In this document: positions 21,161 to 23,749 of the stretch, one piece after another
Position numbering within the stretch: position 1 is the stretch's first letter
Layout: each line of letters begins with the position of its first letter
Source: Octopus sinensis
Lineage: Eukaryota
DNA: 23,749 nucleotides
NCBI RefSeq assembly: GCF_006345805.1
Contig: NW_021836548.1
Location: 1 to 23,749 of the forward strand
Direction: 5' to 3'
The notes under the pieces: model-generated
Told to the model about the DNA's origin: nothing
The model's database searches: none
The model's input: the letters and a program-made list of their open reading frames with translations, nothing else
Translations under genes and position numbers: made by a program

Positions 21161-21818
21161 AGGCGGCGAGCTGGCAGAAACGTTAGCACGCCGGGCGAAA
21201 TGCTTAGCCGTATTTCGTCTGCCGTTACGTTCTGAGTTCAAATTCCGCCGAGGTCGACTTTGCCTTTCATCCTTTCGGGGTCGATTAGCGGTATTTCATC
21301 TGCCGTTACGTTCTAATTTCAAATTCTTCCTTGTTTGTCCTCTCTGTGTTTAACCCCTTGTGCGTAATAAAGAAATAGAAATAGATATTTCGTTTGTTTT
21401 AAGGCAGCGAGCTGGCAGAGACGTTAGCACGCCGGGCGAAATGCGTAGCCGTATTTCGTCTGCCGTTACGTTCTGAGTTCAAATTCCGCCGAGGTCGACT
21501 TTGCCTTTCATCCTTTCAGGGTCGATTAAATAAGTACCAGTTACACACTGAGGTCGATATAATCGACTTAATCCCCTTGTCTGTCCTTGTTTGTCCCCTC
21601 TATGTTTAGCCCCTTGTGGGTAGTAAAGAAATAGGTATTTCGTATGCCGTTACGTTCTGAGTTCAAATTCCGCCGAGGTCGACTTTGCCTTTCATCCTTT
21701 CGGGATCGATTAAATTAAGTACTAGTTACACACTGGGGTCGATATAATCGACTTAATCCCTTTGTCTGTCCTTGTTTGTCCCCTCTATGTTTAGCCCCTT
21801 GTAGGTAGAAAAGAAATA
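21161..21818 (+). mobile_element. Tandem array of family A SINEs with LINE-like tail (heads at 21161 and 21402; 184-bp internal unit repeated at 21451 and 21635)
   Basis: Near-identical units; tail ...aaagaaatag joins directly to the internal gtatttcgt site. Confidence 0.88.
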
Positions 21819-22239
21819 AAATTTCACTCCGATAATATTTAAGAACCTAGTTTCGTCGACGGAAGGATTTTCGGAGGCTTTTTGGTTGAACAGATTTGAT
21901 TGCAATGGGACCACCGAGTGTGACGAATGCTCAAACCGTTTCTTATCGCTCACATATTTGGTCCAACTTTTGGTATTGGCACTGGTCAAGTTGGTACCAA
22001 TCAATACCAGCCATTCACATAAAACACAAATCACTACGAAGTGGATCAATTATTTATTTATTTATTTATTTTAATTTAATCCGATTAAAGTAACACTAAT
22101 CTTTCGAGTGAACAGATGAAAAAATAACGACTACAGATGTCGGCTGAATTCGATTGGATAATTGTTGAGGAAATGCATTCAAAGACATTTTATTTCCACG
22201 TGCGTTTTTGTTGACCGCGTTGTATATATTACATGTATC

Positions 22240-22629
22240 TACACACACACACACACGTGTGTTGTGTGTGTGTGTGTGTGTGTGTGTGTAGTGTGTGTGT
22301 GTATGTGTGTGTGTAGTGTGTGCTGTATATTAGTGCTGACAGATGTAACCAGAGCTCCCAAAATTACAAATATAATTCTAAGATTAACAGACTAAACGGA
22401 TTATCCACAGATTTCTCATTAATTAAGTCTGTGTATTTTGTGTTCTTTTACACCAAACATTATGTTTCTATCACTGAACACACTTTCTTTTATGTTTGCT
22501 CCAGATTTTAGGGCCATATTTCACAAGTTTTAAAAGCAAAAACTCCACCAGTTTTCTTTTACACTACGGATGGCAAATCCCCTTATATTACGTTAACCTC
22601 CTATATATATATGTGTGTGTGTATGTGTG

Positions 22630-22685
<56 letters not shown>

Positions 22686-22726
22686 CTTTATATAATTCTA
22701 CTCGTGCGTTACCTTACACTTCACTT

Positions 22727-22788
<62 letters not shown>

Positions 22789-23301
22789 TGAGGCTCTCTT
22801 TTTGAGGAAGTTATACACTGTTTGGGTGACGGTATCATGTCCCACAGTAAAATAGCATAGCGATTGGGTTACATTTGCAATCAGCATAGTTGCCACTTGG
22901 CCACAAGATCTTTCCGTTCAAATCCAGCTATTTTATCAACATTCAAGAGTTCAGGTGTGGCTAACATCTGAACTCTCTCTTTTTGCTTTTTTTTTTTGTT
23001 TTTGCACCTCTCAAAAATCCAAAACCACTGCACAAAACAACGAAGTACAAGATGTTGCTGATTTTCATTTGTATTGTTGTTATTGGTTTGTTGTGTGTGT
23101 GTACACACACATATACAGAAAGATAGATAGATAGATGTATACATAAATATATATATATATGTATGTATATGTATGTCTATATATATATATATATTGGCCT
23201 GCTCGCTTAGCCAGCGGGGTGGCGTCATTCGAAAGCTAAAACAATGCGAACGCATTGTGACCAGCGATGTGTAACAACATCTGATGGTCTGGTCGGTCGG
23301 T

Positions 23302-23348
<47 letters not shown>

Positions 23349-23515
23349 TATATACACATATATATACACATATATATACATATATATATATATGCGCATA
23401 TATACATATATAGAGAGAGACATACACACATACATATATATGTGTGTGTGTGTGTGTGCGTGTGTGTGTGTATGCATGTATGTATGTATGTTTGTATGTA
23501 TGTATATATGTATAT
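22240..23515. repeat. Scattered (GT)n/(CA)n/(TA)n/(TATG)n tracts (about 22240-22320, 22603-22678, 22729-22785, 23090-23195, 23302-23515)
   Basis: Direct reading. Confidence 0.9.
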
Positions 23516-23517
23516 AA

Positions 23518-23749
23518 GCTCTTGTGTTAAAGGAAAGGCTCAGATGGAGTGGTCATCTGGTCAGGATGAAGGATTCAAGGATGCCAAAACAACTCTTTTA
23601 TGGAGAGTTAGCTAAAGGTGAATGACCTCCACATAACCAAAAAAGGGTATGAGGACTTGCTGAAGGCTTCCTTAAGAGATGCTTGCACTCTCCTGACCTT
23701 GGAAGGCATAGCTATTGATCGTAGCAGGTGGAGAAGGATTGTGCATGAG
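23518..23749 (+). mobile_element. RTE-clade (BovB-like) LINE, ORF C-terminal fragment, continuing beyond the window
   Basis: LVLKERLRWSGHLVRMKDSRMPKQLFYGELAKGE*, frameshift, then YEDLLKASL...IAIDRSRWRRIVHE; matches the RTE LRWxGHxxRM...RxPKxxxYGEL and LAxDRxxWR motifs. Confidence 0.85.

Noticed and set aside
21161-21818. Tandem units as a CRISPR-like or satellite array
   Set aside because: Eukaryotic context, no unique spacers, and units match dispersed SINE copies elsewhere in the window.

Overview
Repeat-dense, AT-rich animal genomic DNA, most likely an octopus or other coleoid cephalopod. That assignment is an inference from the recurring tRNA-derived SINE families and the very high density of (TA)n, (TATG)n, (ATAG)n, (GAA)n and (TAG)n repeats. 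Most ORFs in the supplied track are microsatellite artefacts, and no intact host protein-coding gene is recognisable. Well-supported elements: (1) about ten SINE copies in two clusters (1-2120, 21161-21818) plus a degenerate copy near 9700; (2) a 5'-truncated L1/Tx1-type LINE 3' end (3141-4211, -) whose last 40 nt match the tail of one SINE subtype; (3) a CR1-clade LINE 3' fragment (5685-6476, +) with an 8-bp terminal repeat, plus a second short copy of its tail (9238-9297, -) showing a compensatory stem change; (4) a full-length but decayed Chapaev3-like (CMC, Transib/RAG1-related) DNA transposon with CAC...GTG termini (16681-19027); (5) a near-perfect palindrome with 335/336-bp arms (19294-20138), each arm carrying a minimal type I hammerhead ribozyme, typical of Penelope-like retroelement pseudo-LTRs; (6) an RTE-clade LINE fragment running off the right end. 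Weaker evidence suggests exons of a minus-strand host gene around 11230-11770, 13980-14168 and 20855-21100.
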